Of a stretch of 38,099 nucleotides of DNA, positions 34,513-38,099 are shown piece by piece. The translations under genes and the position numbers were made by a program. Each line of letters opens with the position of its first letter. The stretch's first letter is position 1. This DNA is from Diploschistes diacapsis (taxonomy: Eukaryota). A model generated the notes under the pieces. The model was not told the DNA's origin. It worked only from the letters and a program-made list of their open reading frames with translations, and did not search any database. The stretch spans positions 1 to 38,099 of the forward strand of contig JALAIB010000058.1 in assembly GCA_023645945.1 (NCBI GenBank), in the 5' to 3' direction.

Positions 34513-37281
34513 CTACACGATTAGGAATTTAAACACTTTCCTCCATTCCGGCAACGGCTCTACATCGTCCCACTGATAGACGCCCCTCCATTCCCATCCC
34601 TTGGCTTCAATATTTTTTTCCCATCGTATCCAAGGCGGCCCGCTCCGATCGTCTTTGCAAACGTACGCTTCAGTTACTGTTCCTTTCGCGTCGTTCGTGC
34701 CGCACACGACAACGGACGTCCGTCTTGCTCTGCCACCAACTTCTTGCCACCAGCGGCCGTCATCATTGGAGCCTCCATTGTACGTTGGCTCGTAGATAGG
34801 GCATAAAACCGCGCCCCATCGATATCCTTGCCAATACCGTTCCCGAATAAACGTTAAATTGCGGAAGCGACGCCGGTCAAGCGAACTCCCAGTTTCCATA
34901 TTGTCGAATTTCCATAGCCACCAGTCGGCAACAAGACCATCCGGTGTTACACGTCCGTAGTCCGCACCGTCGTCGCCGCTGAGACTGGGGCTGATCGACT
35001 GGACGGAAGAGATGAATGTCGGTGTGGAAGGGGCCCAGTGCAAATACGGGACGTTCAGCCGTGGTGCAGTAGAAACTAGGTAGCCTGTTCTGATCGACAA
35101 ACCATTGGAGACAATCTGACCATTTTCTGTAGACTTCTGGAGAATTGGTCCCTGCATGCTTTTCCACAAGTCTTCTGCAGTGTGGTATACAGTGTTGTCA
35201 CTAATCAGAAGGCTCCAGATAACTATGTCATCGCCGGGCCGAGAAGCCGGACGATGGTTAAGCATGGTGCTGCCAGTGTCTACCTGCATGAAGCCAGTTT
35301 CAAACCCGTCCCTTTGATCCTTTAGTCGCCTTCGCGGTTGAAGTTGTTGATCGTCAATGGAAGGTAGGAAATGAGGTGCTGTCAAGCAAAGTAAGCTTAT
35401 ATCCAATCTGCCTTCAGAACAGACTCTCCCAATGACGCCTTTCATTGGGACGACGGCGTTGCCCCCACAAAGAAGATGGATATTTTGTCTACCTCGGAAG
35501 GCCTCGAGAAAGGTCCAAGCTCGTGTGTTCCAATCGCTAACAAGTGCTGTGACCAGCAGCGTTTCGTATACAAGAAGGTCTGCTTTCAAAACATCTAATT
35601 CCATGATATCTCGATCACAAACGAGAACAATCTTCGCGTTCATGAAGGTACGGTTGATGTTTGCGATTGCGTCTGCACGTAATTGATGATCACATGGAAT
35701 GCAAGCTGTATCTATCCAATACGAGTCGCAGCCGAATGACTCTGCAATGTTGACATATCGATCATGCAGACAGCTGTTCAGACCTGTTTCTGGCCTCCCA
35801 CCTTGACCACTATGTGGAAAGTCAGCCTATTGGGAACTACTCCTGAATATCGCTCAAAAGCACTTCCGGGAAAGGCAGTCACCACTCTGGAATCAGGGCA
35901 CGTTATATTAAAATGACCAGATCCCAACAATGCGAAATTAGACTTACTGGCTCCAAACATGCGATATTGCAAGCGTGTTGGCAGACGCATTGCAATAATG
36001 TAGTGTCCCGTGATGGTAGCAGCCTACGTGCTTTAAAGAGACAGCTCGAGCCCCAGATGTGCTTCTGTAAGAATCTTCGTTCCAGAACAGCCTTCTACAA
36101 TCTTTCGGACATCCTTGATTATGTGCTGACTGTGCTTCAATCGCCATGCCCTGGAAACGTTGGCAGCTTTTAAAGCTGTCACCTTGGCAAGCTTCGGCCT
36201 TTCCTAGAAGACAACGAGCTTCACGACTACCAAAGATGCTACTATAGATTTGATGGAACATTCGAAAGTCAGCACCAATGCACACAGTATTACTTCGAAG
36301 TAGTTCAAAATTCCAGCCACACATATATTTTGGTTTTCCTATACTCGAGGTCAGTCTAGACATCTCGTGCAAGGTCGTGTCGGGCGAAGGGAAAGTATCC
36401 CTTAAGAATAGATCCCCTTTCTTATTATCGGGAGAGCCTTCGAGAACGGCAGATCGGGCAGCCAAATGGAAGTATATGAGTTGGCACCGTTGCCATGTTG
36501 TCCATAGAAATGCTCGCACGATGAACAGTCTCCAACTGGCTTTGAGCGCAGCGGCATCATGAGAAAGCTGGGAAGTTATCTCGAGGAGGGCTGCAAGAAT
36601 GCTGCTTATATCTAACAAAGATCGTCGACAGTCGTGATCCACAACGGCGGCCAAAACAATCCTAAGAACAGTGTCGTTTACATATGTCGTAACTTGCAGC
36701 TCATTCCAAAGACAATTACCCTTAGCAGCTAGGTTCGTGAGACACGAAGCCCGATAACCTCTGGGGGCATCTGCCGGCGTATCAAGCAACGCCGGTGGAT
36801 ACGCGGGCATTCGCCCCAGGAGTTCGGCAGCCTGCTGAACGAAATTTTCGGCTTGTTCCAAAGTCTCGAACTTGAATCGAAATACTGACGAGAGATCTGC
36901 GTCCAAACGAGTGACCGACATTGGTGTGGGTTTGCCGAATCCGGAGAGCTTCTTACATATGCTAACGGCGCGTGCTTTTGCATCCTTATTCGTAAAGCAA
37001 CGTATTCCTTCGCCGCAGGCGCCTGCGCCATCTCTGACAACCTCGCAATCGAAATAACTGGCGTCTATCTCGCACCGGATCGTTGGGGGTTCATAGACAA
37101 CATCGCTATAAGACCGTGCATTGGGGTTGTTTCTGTAGGCATAGGAGAATCTTTCATTCTGGAGAATCGAGCGGAGTCTCTTAAGAGTAAAGGTGTTAGG
37201 TCCTTGAGATAGCAAGTTACTGCAAGCATGTGCATTCGTCATCGGTAGAAAGAAGTGAAGCTCGAGGTTTTGACTGTGCAT
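34513..37281 (-). CDS. Intact HET-domain protein with a Cys-rich N-terminal region; exons 37281-35948 and 35809-34513
   Basis: Intron 35810-35947 (GTAAGT..GCTGAC..TAG) restores TLAISHVWSHGQGGRPETGLNSCLH...DSYWIDTACIP..HQLRADAIANINRTFMNAKIVLVCD...DWNTRAWTFLE, the typical HET motifs. Alternative ATG at 37242. Confidence 0.9.
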
Positions 37282-37414
37282 TGCCGAAGAAGGCGGGTAA
37301 AAAAGGACTGGCACAGCCCTCTAATAAAATAATCATGGCTCTATAACTTCCTCTAAGGAATCACGATAAATATGTAAATTATTATGGGGATTGAGTATGA
37401 ATTAAAGGGGTAGG

Positions 37415-37845
37415 TACAGTCCGGTGCCAAAAATAGTTAGTTAGGTCCTCCCAATTCTCACCAAAATCGATTAATTTTATACCCAAATATTTTTCTCAGC
37501 AATGTACCAAATCGAAAAATTTAAAATTTTATAAAGAAGGTTATATATACAACAGATTTTTTCGAACTTTTGGGAAATTTTCCTGAATTGCCTAACATTG
37601 GGTTAAATATTTAAGAAAAATGGGATGAGGCAACTATATCCTCGCTTTTTCCATCGCATCTTACGGCCCCCAAGAAAATTATAAAAAATGAAAAAAAAAT
37701 ACTAACAAATAATTAAAGCTTTAAAAAGCTTTTGCATTTTTCTTTTCGAAATTTTTAAGAGCATTTTCGCAGAGATATAAGGGCTAGAAAAGTGACTTTT
37801 TTGAGTAAGTACATGAGGAGCAGGTGATATTGTATTAAATATTAA
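37415..37845 (+). mobile_element. AT-rich relic beginning with a Tc1/mariner-like terminal repeat
   Basis: TA|CAGTCCGGTGCCAAAAATAGTT at 37415 resembles Tc1/impala-type ends (TA target, CAGT.. start) and is followed by a RIP-like AT-rich tract. No matching opposite TIR was found. Confidence 0.5.
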
Positions 37846-37985
37846 ATGAAAATGTTCGGGGTCTTGGCATCAATCAGCCTTGGCATTAGCATCACAACCC
37901 CAGACAGAGCAATCGATTCTTTCCCACAGCTCCATCGTCAGCAAAGCAATGCGCATCCGCAGATAACACGACAAGGACAACAACG

Positions 37986-38099
37986 ATGCCCGTCTCAGCG
38001 CTGGAAGCCGTGTCGGCTGGCCGAGTAAGCTCTCGCCATCCCTCCCCCTCCATCTCCCTTTGCCTCAAATCTCCCCCCCTTCCCGCCCCTGTTTCCATG
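37986..38099 (+). CDS. Possible first exon (MPVSALEAVSAGR) and start of an intron of a gene continuing beyond the window
   Basis: ACAACGATG start context and a GTAAGC donor at about 38025 followed by pyrimidine-rich sequence. No recognisable domain. Confidence 0.3.
   Translation, partial: MPVSALEAVSAGRVSSRHPSPSISLCLKSPPLPAPVSM

Noticed and set aside
1..38099. tRNA, rRNA or exact Starship terminal/target repeats
   Set aside because: None recognisable by eye; short TTAC-type motifs are too common to assign without an empty-site alignment.

Overview
Filamentous ascomycete (Pezizomycotina-type) genomic DNA, judged from short GT-AG introns with CTRAC branch points, RIP-like AT-rich tracts and fungal gene families. 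The left edge holds a core gene, U1 snRNP 70K. Most of the rest looks accessory and partly decayed. From left to right: a repeat-rich acidic protein broken by one stop, a frameshifted rvt (cellular reverse transcriptase), an intact GC-rich DUF1275 membrane protein, a dead LovD-like hydrolase plus highly reducing PKS pair, an intact PD-(D/E)xK-like protein, a pogo/Fot1 fragment, and a head-to-head kelch (nitrile-specifier-like)/ferroportin pair. Next comes a RIP-mutated 3' half of what looks like a Starship captain (DUF3435 tyrosine recombinase) gene that the ORF track only catches in fragments. It points leftwards, so the genes above may be cargo of a derelict Starship. Right of it is a module of one uncharacterised 4-TM protein converging on two tandem Cys-rich HET-domain paralogues (one intact, one dead). 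This is my best candidate for an undescribed cell-death/immunity system. All family calls are by-eye motif recognition; no searches were run.
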